Assembly: GCF_006345805.1 (NCBI RefSeq)
Contig: NC_043008.1
Location: 62,930,001 to 62,994,000 of the forward strand
Direction: 5' to 3'
DNA length: 64,000 nt
Source: Octopus sinensis
Taxonomy: Eukaryota
Made by a program: the position numbers and the translations under genes. Positions within the stretch are counted from its first letter, which is position 1; every line of letters starts with the position of its first letter. Positions 50,822 to 63,900 of this stretch are shown here, piece after piece. The notes beneath the pieces are model-generated. The model saw only the letters and a list, made by a program, of their open reading frames with translations. It did not search any database and had not been told where the DNA came from.

Positions 50822-51323
50822 ATCTATGCCGCTATGTTAACAGACCTTCATTTCATTGCTATAATGCGCTACAGAACATATCAACAAGTTTTCTGTATGT
50901 TTTCCTATCTGTAAACCTCTTACATAAGCAAATTGTTTGCGATAGTCATAACACATGGTAGTGAAGAAAAACAATCCTAGTGATATACTCTATTGATACA
51001 ATGCTAATAAAGCAGTAATTTCCCATTCATAAGTAGCTGACTCAGTCTTTTTCTTAATCTCTATTTTGTTTATCATATTAAATTCTATTTCACATTTGTC
51101 TATTGCATATAATGTGTTATGATTTTCTTTTTCCATACTTGCTTTTATTTTACATGGATTAGTTAAAGTGCTGGAGGACCTACAGTCAATAATTTTTGTT
51201 CAACATTATCTCAATGTAACAAAAAATCTGCTTAATTAGTTTTATATGCAATTTAGATTTCCAATATGTAATTACTATTTCCATTTCTTTTCCACATAAT
51301 TCACACATATATATGCATACATA

Positions 51324-51360
<37 letters not shown>

Positions 51361-51476
51361 CACATGTGTGTACATTCATATATAGTATGTATATGTATGT
51401 ATATATATATATATATATATATACATACGCACACACACACAATTGTAAATACATATATGCTGAGCGCTGCTGCTGA

Positions 51477-52020
51477 AGGCACATGGCTCAGTGGTTAGAG
51501 CGTCAAGCTTACGATCGTGAGGTTGTGAGTTCGAATCCTGGACCGGGCTGCATGCTGTGTTCTTGAGCAGGACACTTTATTTCACGTTGCTCCAATTCCC
51601 TCAGCTGTAGAAATGAGTTATGACGTCACAGGTGCCAAGCTGTATCGGCCTTTGCCTTTCCCTCCGATAACATCAGTGGTGTGGAGAGGGGAGGCTGGTA
51701 TGCATGGGCGACTGCTGGTCTTCCATAAACAACCTTGCCCAGAATTGTGCCTGGGAGGGTAACTTTCTAGGTGTAATCCCATGGTCAGTCATGACCAAAA
51801 GGGGTCTCAGCAGAATATATATCTATATAATTGGCATTCTGTCAGTACAATGATGCAATCAATGGAACAAGTTGCTCATGAAATTAACATGCAAGTGGCT
51901 GAGTGCTCCACAGACATGCATAACCTTAACATAGTTCTCAGGGAGATTCAGCATGACACAGAGTGTGACAAAGCTGGCCTTTTGAAATACAGGTGCTACT
52001 CATTTTTGTCAGCTGAGTGG
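51477..52020. mobile_element. tRNA-derived SINE (51477-51810, +) abutting an inverted SINE 3' segment (51825-52020, -) related to 55650-55800
   Basis: aggcacatggctcagtggttagagcgtcaagc...gttcgaatcc head. The segment cttgcacgttaatttcatgagc is shared in inverted orientation. Confidence 0.7.
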
Positions 52021-52024
52021 CATA

Positions 52025-52412
52025 TTCTTTTATTCGTTTATTTGTTTCAGTCATTTGACTGTGGCCATGCTGGAGCACCACTTTTAGTTGAGCAAATCAA
52101 CACCAGAACTTATTCTTTGTAAGCTTAGTACTTATTCTATCGGTCTCTTTTTGCCGAAACGCTAAGTTATGGGAATGTGAACACACCAACATCGGTTGTC
52201 AAGCGATGGTGGGGGACAAACACAGACACACAAACACACACACACACACATATATATATACGACTGGCTTCTTTCAGTTTCCGTCTACCAAATCCACTCA
52301 CAAGGCTTTGGTTGGCCCGAGGCTATAGTAGAAGACACTTGCTCCAGGTGCTACGCAGTGGGACTGGACCCGGAACCATATGGTTGGTAAGCAAGCTACT
52401 TACTCCACAGTC
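52025..52412 (-). mobile_element. SINE family 1 (full length)
   Basis: Reverse complement of the family 1 sequence. Confidence 0.87.
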
Positions 52413-52437
52413 ATTCCTAAGACAAAGTAAAAATAAT

Positions 52438-52675
52438 GGTCATTAAATATTTTTCCTTTTTAGAGCAAATTTGGTTTACATCTGTTTCCAGTAGTCATTA
52501 TATGTATGTTCTGGTTATAAGCAGAAATGGCTCTGATGAAGGTATCATTAATTCTTAGCAGTGTGTTCAATTTTTCTCAGCTGATAATAAACTTATCAGC
52601 TACATACCTATAATGTCTACTGGAAACACCTGTACTCCAAATTTGCGCTAATAGAGAAAAAATTTGCAATGACCA
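52438..52675. mobile_element. Old fold-back element (~70-bp arms) with a CTGATGA relic in the spacer
   Basis: tagagcaaatttggtttacatctgtttccagtagtcattata pairs with tataatgtctactggaaacacctgtactccaaatttgcgcta. Confidence 0.6.
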
Positions 52676-52911
52676 TTATTTATACCTTGTCTTATATATC
52701 ACTCTGTGTAAAAATTAGTTTGTCTGGAGCCCATCCACAGATTTGCTATATAGAATTGTGATGAAGCATAACCTTAGACCCTGCCAGAAGAATACTTAGA
52801 TTTCTTTACTAATCTGAATAATATTGTTAGTCTGGTGTGCCAACAGAGATCTTATGAAATATTTTGCCCGTATCAACAGTCCCTCACTAGTAGCTCTGTT
52901 ATATATACATA

Positions 52912-53900
52912 GAAGCAGATGTGGTTGTGTGTTAAGAAGTTGCTTCCAAACCATATGGTTCTGGGTTCAGTCTCAAATCTACTCTCAAGGCTTGGGTAAG
53001 TGTCTTCTGCTATAGCTTTGGGCCAACCATGACCTTGTGAGTGGATTTGGTAGACAGAAGCTGAAAACGACTATCATATATATATTTTTATATATATATA
53101 GTAGTTGTAAGCAAACCAGAAAGGCTTTGTAAGTTATGGAGAGAAAGCTACTATGGAAGACACATAGTATAATACTAACAGTATAATTATATAGCATAAT
53201 AATATATATCCTCCGACCTGTAGTAGATGACCTTTCTCTCTGAAAATTACAAAGCTTTTCTGGTTTGTTTACAAATATTATATGTAGTATTAGACAGTTT
53301 AAGTAGATATTCATTAAATTTGGCTGAAATTGATGGGTGAGCATTTGGCCCAACTGGATGCACAAGGAGCCATTTTAGCGTGGGTTTGATTCTGGCTGGA
53401 GTTATCGCATTATATATCAGCCAATTTTTGCATTTAAAAATTATCACTTTAAATCAGAGAATATATATTATGATATATTATTATACAGTTACATATATAT
53501 GTTTTTGTGTGTGTTTTTGTATTTGTGTTTGTCCTCACCACCATCAATTGACAACCGATGTTGGTGTGTTTACATTCTCGAAAATTAGCAGTTTGGCAAA
53601 AGAGACTAATAGAATAAGTACTAGGCTTACAAAGAATAAGTCCTGGGGTCAATTCCTTCGATTGAAAGGCGATGCTCCAGAATGGCCACAGTGAAATGAT
53701 TGAAACAAGTAAAAGAATAAAAGAATATACATACACATGCACACATACATATATATGCATGATTTCAGTTTCCTTCTTGCAAATCAACTATCAAGGCTTG
53801 GGTTAGCCTAGAGCTGTAGTTGATGACCTTTGTCTTAAGTGCTATACAATGGAGCTAATTCTGAAATCACATGTTTGGGAAGTAAACATTCCATCCAAAC
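52912..53900. mobile_element. Cluster of SINE family 1 fragments (52912-53090 +, 53505-53725 +, 53760-53900 -)
   Basis: Matches to the family 1 head and tail. Confidence 0.75.
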
Positions 53901-54061
53901 CTTCTTAGACACACTCTGTGTGTGTGTTGTGTTGTGTATGTGTGTGCATACATGTGTGTGCATGCATGTGTGTATGCACGTGTGTGGTGTGTGTGTGTGC
54001 ACGTATGTGGTGTGTGTGTATGTGTATGTATCTCTTTACTTCACTAAAAAAAAAATTAATG

Positions 54062-54305
54062 CACCCTTTTAAAGCCTAGCCAGGCTCATGGGCCCAGTTT
54101 CCCAGTTTATATGACATATGTGTTCCCCAGCTGGACGGGACACCAGTCCATTGCAGCGTTACTCATTTTTGCCAGCTGAGTGCACTGGAGCAACGTGAAA
54201 TGAAGTGTTTTGCTCAAGAACATGTCGCGTTGCCCGGTCCAGGAATCGAAACCACAATCTTACGTTCATGATGCTGACATCCTAACCACTAAACCACACA
54301 CCTCC
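54062..54305 (-). mobile_element. tRNA-derived SINE family 4
   Basis: Reverse-complement partner of 55132-55375. Confidence 0.82.
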
Positions 54306-55131
54306 ACCTTTACTTCATTATTGGATCCTAATTGTAAACAAACACCAATGTCATAGAAATGGTGACAATGATTCACAATCTTTTGCGAAAACATGTCCAA
54401 AGTTTCTGATATTTATGCCCAAAAGGTTAAGAAACTGGTGAAGGTTGGTGACAGGATAAGCATTCCGCTATAGAAAATTTGTTTCAATAAATTTTTTCTC
54501 TGAACCAAGCAATCATGAGAATAGGGGTATTGAAATGGTGATAACAATGATGCTGATGGTAATGGTGGTGATTATGGCGACATCTAATGAAAGAAACCAT
54601 TAATAAAGCTCAAAAGAGTTGTCTGTTCCATCTGTCACAATTCTACTAAGGTGAAAAATCGGTGATTATAGATAAAGCAATTAATTTAACTTGTTTTCCT
54701 TTCGTTGATTAAATTAATTTAACTTACATTTTCAGTTTAAAAGATTTAAGGTTATATTAACACATTTATTCAAGTTAATGATTTTTAAAATTGTTAACAT
54801 AATCTACTAAATCATCCTAATTTGTACTGAAGAAACCATTTCTGTTTTCACCTTTGAAGCTAATTCTTTTATTGTTCATATCTATGAAAGCAAAGCAAAA
54901 TCTCGTACACAGTCTAAGTTCAATCAGGATGAAATATTCCTTTTTGCTTTCAATAGTAAAAGGCATAATATATTATACATTAAAGACTATGAATAATGTA
55001 AGCTTGTAATACAGGAATCTGAGGTGTATATGTGTATTATGTGTATGTATATATATATATACGTGTGTGTGTGTATTATGTGTGTGTGTATATATATATA
55101 TATGTGTGTGTGTGTATATATATTAATGTAG

Positions 55132-55375
55132 AGGTGCATGGCCTAGTGGTTAGGGTGTCAGCATCATCATCGTAAGATTGTGGTTTCGATTCCGGGACCA
55201 GGCGACTCATTGTGTTCTTGGGCAAAATACTTCATTTCACGTTGCTCCAGTCCGCTCAGCTGGCAAAAATGAGTAATGCTGCAATGGACTGGCGTCCCAT
55301 CCAGCTGGGGAACACATACGCCATTGAAACCGGGAAACTGGGCCCATGAGCCTGGCTAGGCTTTAAAAGGGTGCA
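55132..55375 (+). mobile_element. tRNA-derived SINE family 4
   Basis: gaggtgcatggcctagtggttagggtgtcagc...ggtttcgattccggg head; tail ...gctaggctttaaaagggtgcattt. Confidence 0.85.
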
Positions 55376-55447
55376 TTTATTTTTTTATATATATTTACAT
55401 ATGTGTGTGTGTGTATATATATATATATTTGTGTCTGTGTTTGTGTT

Positions 55448-55800
55448 GAGGCGCAATGGCCCAGTGGTTAGGGTAGTGGACTTGTGGTCATAGGATCATG
55501 GTTTTGAATCCCAGACTGGGCGTTGTGAGTGTTTATTGAGTGAAAACACCTAAAGCTCCACAAGGCTCTGGCAGGGGGTGCTGGCGGACTTTACTGATTT
55601 CTTTCACCACAGCTTTCTCTCACTCTTACTTCCTGTTTCTCTTGTACCTGTATTTCAAAGGGCCAGACTTGTCATGATCTGTGTCACACAGAATCTCCCT
55701 GAGAACTACGTTAAGGGTACATGTGTCTATAGAGTTCTCAGCCACTTGCACGTTAATTTCATGAGCAATCTGTTCCTTTGATTGGATCAACTGGAACCAA
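55448..55800 (+). mobile_element. SINE family 3 head/body joined to a different 3' segment
   Basis: The first ~190 bp match the 9886 copy; the 3' part matches the reverse complement of 51830-52010. Confidence 0.75.
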
Positions 55801-55975
55801 CAGAGTACCACAATATATAAATAAATAAATAAATATTTATATATATATTGAGAGTGTGTGTGTGTGTGATTTACGTGGGGTTGATGCCTAATAAAATTAA
55901 ATTAAGGGTGACCTAGCACATGCACTCATTTAAAAATAAAACATTGATTAATTCTACTGACCTTAGCAAATATAT

Positions 55976-56516
55976 ATAAGCAATAGGATATCCAGAGGTA
56001 ATGCAGTACAACCGTTTCTAGCAACTCTATTTAATTGAACAATGCAACCATTATATCAATTTAAATGCAGAGCAATACTCAGCTGCATCAATACATGAAA
56101 TTAAATTAAATTAAAGCAGGTGGACACATAGAATAACTTTACTTAAAACCTCCAAGAAGATAAGGAGATAGACAAAGAACATGCTGTCTTCACTTCAGCT
56201 TAGAAGCTACTAAGGTATCAGGAAGAAGGACTTGTTAGAGATCTATAATAAGTCTTTCTTCGTGATATCTTAGTAGCTTCTAAGCTTCTAAGCTGAAGTG
56301 AAGACAGCATGTTCATTGTTTATCTCTTTACCTTCTTGGAGGTTTTAGATAAAATTATACTAATGTGTCCATCTGTTTTAATTTAATTTAATTTTATGTA
56401 TTTATGCAGCTGAGGATTGCTCTGCATTTAAACTGAAGTAAAAACTGCATTGTTTAATGAAATGGAGTCGTTTGAAACGATTGTACTGCATTACCTCTGG
56501 ATATCCTGTTGCTTAT
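55976..56516. mobile_element. ~540-bp imperfect palindrome (old fold-back element; degenerate CTGAGGA...GAAA...GTC at 56410-56469)
   Basis: ataagcaataggatatccagaggtaatgcagtacaa pairs with ttgtactgcattacctctggatatcctgttgcttat. Short junction duplication cttctaagcttctaag at the centre. Confidence 0.75.
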
Positions 56517-56518
56517 TT

Positions 56519-56554
<36 letters not shown>

Positions 56555-56589
56555 ACATATATTCATACATTCATATACAAACATATATA

Positions 56590-56715
56590 TATATATTCAT
56601 AAATACATACATATACATATATACGTACATACATACACACATACACACACACCACACAATATAATATATTCATAAATACATACATATACATATATACGTA
56701 CATACATACACACAT

Positions 56716-56747
<32 letters not shown>

Positions 56748-56783
56748 TCATAAATACATACATATACATATACGTACATACAT

Positions 56784-56827
<44 letters not shown>

Positions 56828-56943
56828 TCATAAATACATACATATACAATATACGTACATACATACACACATACACACACACACCATATATATATAATCA
56901 TAAATACATACATATACATATATACGTACATACATACACACAT

Positions 56944-56975
<32 letters not shown>

Positions 56976-57025
56976 TCATAAATACATACATATACATATA
57001 TACGTACATACATACACACATACAC

Positions 57026-57056
<31 letters not shown>

Positions 57057-57095
57057 TCATAAATACATACATATACATATATACGTACATACATA

Positions 57096-57140
<45 letters not shown>

Positions 57141-57186
57141 TCATAAATACATACATATACATATATACGTACATACATACACACAT

Positions 57187-57220
<34 letters not shown>

Positions 57221-57266
57221 TCATAAATACATACATATACATATATACGTACATACATACACACAT

Positions 57267-57302
<36 letters not shown>

Positions 57303-58011
57303 TCATAAATACATACATATACATATATACGTACATACATACAACACACCATACACACAACACACACACCACCACACATATTATATTATTCATAAATACA
57401 TACATACATATACATATATACGTACATACATACACACATACACACACACACACCACACACATAATAATATATATTCATAAATACATACATACATATACAT
57501 ATATACGTACATACATACACACATACACACACCACACACACACACACACATATATATATAATATTTACATACATAAATACATAATATACATATAACGTAC
57601 ATACATACACACATACACACACCACACCACACCACATATATATATATTCATAAATACATACATATACATATATACGTACATACATACACACATACACCAC
57701 ACACACACCACACATATATATAATTCATAAATACATACATATACATATATACGTACATACATCCACACAAACACACACACAACACACATATATATATATA
57801 TATTCATAAATACATACATAACATATACGTACATACATACACACATACACCACACAACACACATATAATATATATATTCATAAATACATACATATACATA
57901 TATACGTACATACATACACACATACACACACACACACACACAACCACACATACATATATATATATTCATAAATACATACATATACATATATACGTACATA
58001 CATACACACAT

Positions 58012-58047
<36 letters not shown>

Positions 58048-58096
58048 TCATAAATACATACATACATATACATATATACGTACATACATACACACT

Positions 58097-58128
<32 letters not shown>

Positions 58129-58251
58129 TCATAAATACATACATATACATATATACGTACATACATACACACCACACACACACCACACACACACACTATA
58201 TATATATATTCATAAATACATACCACATATACATATATACGTACATACATA

Positions 58252-58283
<32 letters not shown>

Positions 58284-58339
58284 TATTATATATATTCATA
58301 AATACATACATACATATATACGTACATACATACACACAT

Positions 58340-58375
<36 letters not shown>

Positions 58376-58414
58376 TCATAAATACATACATATACATATA
58401 TACGTACATACATA

Positions 58415-58459
<45 letters not shown>

Positions 58460-58505
58460 TCATAAATACATACATATACATATATACGTACATACATACA
58501 CACAT

Positions 58506-58539
<34 letters not shown>

Positions 58540-58725
58540 TCATAAATACATCATATACAATATACGTACTACATACACACATACCACACACAACACACAC
58601 ACACTATATATATATATTCAAAATACATACATACATACATATATACGTACATACATAACACACACACACACACATATATATATATATTCATAAATACATA
58701 CATATACATACATATATACGTACAT

Positions 58726-58769
<44 letters not shown>

Positions 58770-58816
58770 TCATAAATACATACATATACATATATACGTA
58801 CTACATACACACATAC

Positions 58817-58851
<35 letters not shown>

Positions 58852-58895
58852 TCAAATACATACATATACATATATACGTACATACATACACACAT

Positions 58896-58929
<34 letters not shown>

Positions 58930-59046
58930 CATAAATACATACATATACATATATACGTACATACATACACACATACACACACACACACACACCACATATA
59001 TATATATATCATAAATACATACTATACATATATACGTACATACATA

Positions 59047-59091
<45 letters not shown>

Positions 59092-59130
59092 TCATAAATA
59101 CATACATATACATATATACGTACATACATA

Positions 59131-59175
<45 letters not shown>
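56590..59175 (+). repeat. ~2.6-kb minisatellite, ~60-70-bp unit TTCATAAATACATACATATACATATATACGTACATACATACACACATAC(AC)n(AT)n, roughly 40 copies
   Basis: Read directly; fixed core with variable dinucleotide arms. Confidence 0.95.
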
Positions 59176-59504
59176 TGCTTGAACAGAACAAATTTGTGGA
59201 GGTACATGGCTTAGTGCTTAGAGAGTTGTAGTTTAGATTCTTGGACTTGGCGATGCTTTGTGTTCTTCAGTAAAAAACACTTCTTTTCAGATTGCTCCTA
59301 TCCATTCAGTAGGTAAGAAGAACAATCATGTTATGGACTGATGTACTATCCATAAGGTAAATATATGTTCTATGCAATCCATGAAACCGGCCTTACAAGA
59401 CTATGGTTGAAGAAGAACCTCTGCTGTCACTCTCTGAAAACAAGTTTAACATGTTAACATAAGGAGTAAAGAGTATAGTTTATTCTATGTACTTGTATGT
59501 ATAC

Positions 59505-59925
59505 TCTTTTACTCTTTTACTTGTTTCAGTCACTTGACTGTGGCCATGCTGGAGCACCAGTTTTAGTCAAGCAAATCAATCCCTGGACTTATTCTTTGTA
59601 TGCCTAGTACTTATTCTATCGGTTTCTTTGCCGGACCTCTAAGTTATGAGGATGTAAACACACCAGCATTGGTTGTCAAGTGATGTTGGGGGCACAAACA
59701 CAGACACACAAACATATACATACACATACACACACACACACATACATATATACATATATACGATGGGTGTCTTTCAGTTTCCATCTACCAAATCCACTCA
59801 CAAGGCTTTGGTAGGCCCAAGGCTATAGTAGAAGACACTTGCCCAAGGTTCCACACAGTGGGACTGAATCCGGAACCATGTGGTTTGTAGGCAAGCTACT
59901 TACCACACAGCCACTCCTATGCCTA
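59505..59925 (-). mobile_element. SINE family 1 (full length)
   Basis: Reverse complement of the family 1 head, body and (aaaagagt)n tail. Confidence 0.9.
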
Positions 59926-60351
59926 TGAAAATAAAAACATAAAACTATATCTTTATATAATTACTGTTTCCATATTATCACTTAGCTGAAAATATAGTGA
60001 TGCAAATATTCATAATGTAAGTTTGATGAAGTAGAAAGTAGAAAGTAGAGAGGAAAGGAGGATAAGATGTTACTTCATGAAAAATATTTAAGTGTAAATA
60101 TTTTTGCATGTCTTCTGGCTAAAAAAGATCTTTATAGTAGAAGAAATATATCATACTTAACAGACGAGGATCTGACTTACGCGGATGTTCAGCTCATCAA
60201 AGTTTTGGCTAATTTTTTTATATGTAGTTTAAATGAATAAGTAGGCATTTTGCATATCCCATTTCCAAAACATAGGAAGTAACATTGCTATCTTCTTTAT
60301 CATTGCTTGTGATCTAAAGTAATAGATTCTTTTTTTTTTGAGAAGGACTTT

Positions 60352-60772
60352 CTTATTTCTTTATTGCCCACAAGGGGCTAAACATAGAGGGGACAAACAA
60401 GGACAGACAAAGGGGTTAAGTCGATTACATCTAGCCCAGTGCGTAACTGGTACTTAATTTATCGACCCCGAAAGGATGAAAAGCAAAGTCGACCTTGGCG
60501 GAATTTGAACTCACAACGTAACGGCAGACGAAATACCTATTTCTTTACTACCCACAAAGGGCTAAACACAGAAGAGACAAACAAAGACAGACAAACGGAT
60601 TAAGTCGATTATATCAACCCCAGTGCATAACTGGTGCTTATTTAATCGACACCGAAAGGATGAAAGGCAAAGTCGACCTCGACGGAATTTGAACTCAGAA
60701 CGTAGCAGCAGATGAAATACCACTAAGCATTTTGCCAAGAGTGCTAATGTTTCTGCCAGATCGCCACCTTGA
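60352..60772 (-). mobile_element. SINE family 2, dimeric form
   Basis: Same internal junction gggtagtaaagaaataggtatttc as the 34428 copy; terminal tail gggcaataaagaaataag. Confidence 0.87.
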
Positions 60773-61124
60773 AAGTCCTTTGAGAAGGACTTTCTGTTCC
60801 AAGAAACAGCCTCCCAGTTTTTATGGGGGTGAGGTTATTGTAACTGCTATTTCTGTTTGTGTTATTGCTGTTCTTGTTATTATTGATCCAAATCCAGTGA
60901 GATATGGCTAGCCCATTATACGCTTACAACTGTGTTTCATTCCACAGTCTTAATCAGTGGTGAATACAGTCATTAGAGTGCAGCCATGCTAGGTTACAAG
61001 ACTAGGTTACAAGACTATAGAGTGCAGCCATGCTAAGTTACAAGACTATAAACACATTAACACCAGTTGTGAAGCAGTGATGGGGGTCAAACACAGACAC
61101 AAACACACACACACACACACATGT

Positions 61125-61420
<296 letters not shown>

Positions 61421-61644
61421 CGATGGGCTTTTTCAGATTACATCTACCAAATTCACTTGCAATGCTTTGGTTAGCCAGAGGCTATAGTAGAAGACACTTG
61501 CCCAAGGTTCCACACCGTAGGATTGATATGACTGGTGTGTCCTGGTATTCCTGCCAATCAAGGCTGGGTAGCAAGCTTCATACCACACAGCCACTCCTGC
61601 GTTTGCAGTATATATATGTATATATATACGGACGCTAAATGATG

Positions 61645-61676
<32 letters not shown>

Positions 61677-61941
61677 GCATCTATGTGTGTGTGTATATAT
61701 GTGTGTGTGTGAGTGTGTATTTAAAATATATAGAAACATATATATTGCGCACACACTTGTATGCATACACTTCCCCACACATCTATGTTGATATATATAT
61801 ATTATATATATGCATATATATATATGCATATATATATATATATATATTGCTATATATATATGCATATATATATACATATATACATATTATATATACATAT
61901 ACATATATACATATATATATGTATATATATATATATATATA

Positions 61942-61983
<42 letters not shown>

Positions 61984-62200
61984 TATTTTGTGAAATAGAA
62001 AGATGAATAATCTTGTTGCAGATTAATCAAAAGTTTAACTGATACCTTGGTAGCAAAATCACAGCAGAAGACAGCACGGTTGGAGGTACAACCATATGGT
62101 GTTGCAACCGTGCGTTGGTGCGGATAATTGAATTTTAATTATTATTAGTGAATTGAAGAAATGGAGTTGAACGAAGATTGAACAGAAATCGTTTTATGCA

Positions 62201-62279
62201 TTCTACACGTGTTTCGAAAGGCACAATTTACAAATTCCGATTGAATAAGGAGACCATATTGTGTCTTTCTCTTCAGGAA
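62201..62279 (-). ncRNA. Type-I hammerhead ribozyme, intact canonical core, GUA triplet
   Basis: TTC-CTGAAGA-GAAAGACACAAT-(30 nt)-ATTGTGCCTTTC-GAAA-CACGT-GTA-GAA: 11/12-bp helix II and 8-nt palindromic helix III ACACGTGT. Confidence 0.78.
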
Positions 62280-62930
62280 GAAATAAGAAATCCATTGGAA
62301 AAAACAAAAACAGAACAGAGGGGCGAGCAAAACAAATCGAACGAGGCTCCTAAGAGCCCATGGCCAACTGTTTATCAATGTATGTTGAAAACTGGTGTGG
62401 TGTGGTGTGCGTGAAGGTTTTGACGGGTCAAGCAGCGGTCATTCCGGTGCTTAGATGTTCTTTGTGACCGAGACTAAAGTTCTGACTATTTAAAGAATAT
62501 TAGGTGTATTATATGGGGCGGGAACAAAATCTACTTAGAAAAGTGTGTGTGTGCTGGTTCTATGTGTTCGTATGTGCGTTTGATCACGTGGCCGTCATTG
62601 GTTAAAACAGCCCTACCCACTGGTCACTGCTGTAAGAAACAGAAATCTAAGAAATCTACTTAGAAACACATGTTTCTAAGTAGATTTTGTCCCGACCCAT
62701 ATAATACACCTAATATTCTTTAAATAGTCAGAACTTTAGTCTCGGTCACAAAGAACATCTAAGCACCGGAATGACCGCTGCCTGACCGTCAAAACCTTCA
62801 ACGCACCCACCCCAGTTTTTCAACATACATTGATAAACTGTTTGGCCATGGGCTCTTAGGAGCCTCGTTCGATTTGTTTTGCTCCGCCTCTGTTCTGTTT
62901 TTGTTTTTTCACCAACGGATTTCCTATTTC

Positions 62931-63010
62931 TTTCTGAAGAGAAAGACACAATATGGTCTCCTTATTCAATCGGAATTTGGTAAATTGTGCCTTTCGAAAC
63001 ACATGTAGAA
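62931..63010 (+). ncRNA. Type-I hammerhead ribozyme, mirror copy with G>A in helix III (ACACATGT)
   Basis: TTT-CTGAAGA-GAAAGACACAAT...ATTGTGCCTTTC-GAAA-CACAT-GTA-GAA. Confidence 0.7.
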
Positions 63011-63181
63011 TGCAATAAAACGATTTCTGTTCAATCTTCGTTCAACTCCATTTCTTCAATTCCCTATATATATATATATATATAATATATATATACACAT
63101 CTATATTGATATATATATATATACACATCTATATTGATATATACATATACACATCTATATTGATATATATATATATACACA

Positions 63182-63215
<34 letters not shown>

Positions 63216-63454
63216 CCTGCTTCTGCTATATACATATAGTAGAGTGTATGTCTGTATGCAATATATTCACAAAATATTTCTCAAAATGGACATTAGTATA
63301 AACACATTATCAGCTACATTTCTGTTTACTTCCTATGGGAGTAGTTTTTGATACCCATTACACCTTTGCAATCATTTAGTAAAAGTTTGTATCGATCTCA
63401 CAGTATGGTGAAGCATTATGCATACATAGTTTTCTGAATTAACCAAAGCATAAT

Positions 63455-63900
63455 GCATTGAATTTTGGTTTGTATTTCTAAATATATATTTCTGCATTGT
63501 TTTGTTGCTGTCCCATTATTGAGTCAGCAGAAGGGGAAGACAAAATAGTTTGTTTTCACTCAGATTTGTCGACAGTGTACATCATTGTTTTTCTGAGTGT
63601 CATACCTGTTTGACCAATGTAGTGTTTTGGGCAACCTCTCTGTGTTATAAGGTAAATTAAGTAGTCTGAGTCGCAGGAAAAATTGATTTTAATTTTGAAG
63701 TTAGGTCTCTCTTCGAAGTGGCATTCATGACCCTCCAATAGTTAGCTCCATACCTATCAGTTTGGTCAGTTATATTTACTTATTTTAGAGTTCACCATTT
63801 GTGTAAGTAGTCTTGCATTAATCAATATACTTTGTAGGAATTTTGTTGGCCCTTACTTTTTACATTTTACCCTTTTGTATTCTGTAATAATTCCCCCTCC
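63455..63900 (-). mobile_element. Penelope-like element ORF relic: GIY-YIG endonuclease
   Basis: EGHECHFEERPNFKIKINFSCDSDYLIYLITQRGCPKHYIGQTGMTLRK, followed (frameshifted) by DVHCRQI and EIYI*KYKPKFN. This is the F.C.S...IYLI.C..C...YIG.T...LR.R...H and E...I.K.KP.LN layout of PLE endonucleases. Confidence 0.82.

Larger units (their letters stand above)
62141..63063. mobile_element. ~920-bp palindrome, ~390-bp arms; young Penelope-like fold-back element with a hammerhead in each arm
   Basis: The arms are highly similar reverse complements. Local fold-back aaatctacttagaaac-acat-gtttctaagtagattt at about 62653-62688. The right end abuts (TA)n. Confidence 0.88.

Noticed and set aside
52464-52541. 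Stop-free 78-nt exon-like segment (EQIWFTSVSSSHYMYVLVISRNGSDE)
   Set aside because: It lies in one arm of an old palindrome; the mirror arm gives a similar peptide on the other strand.
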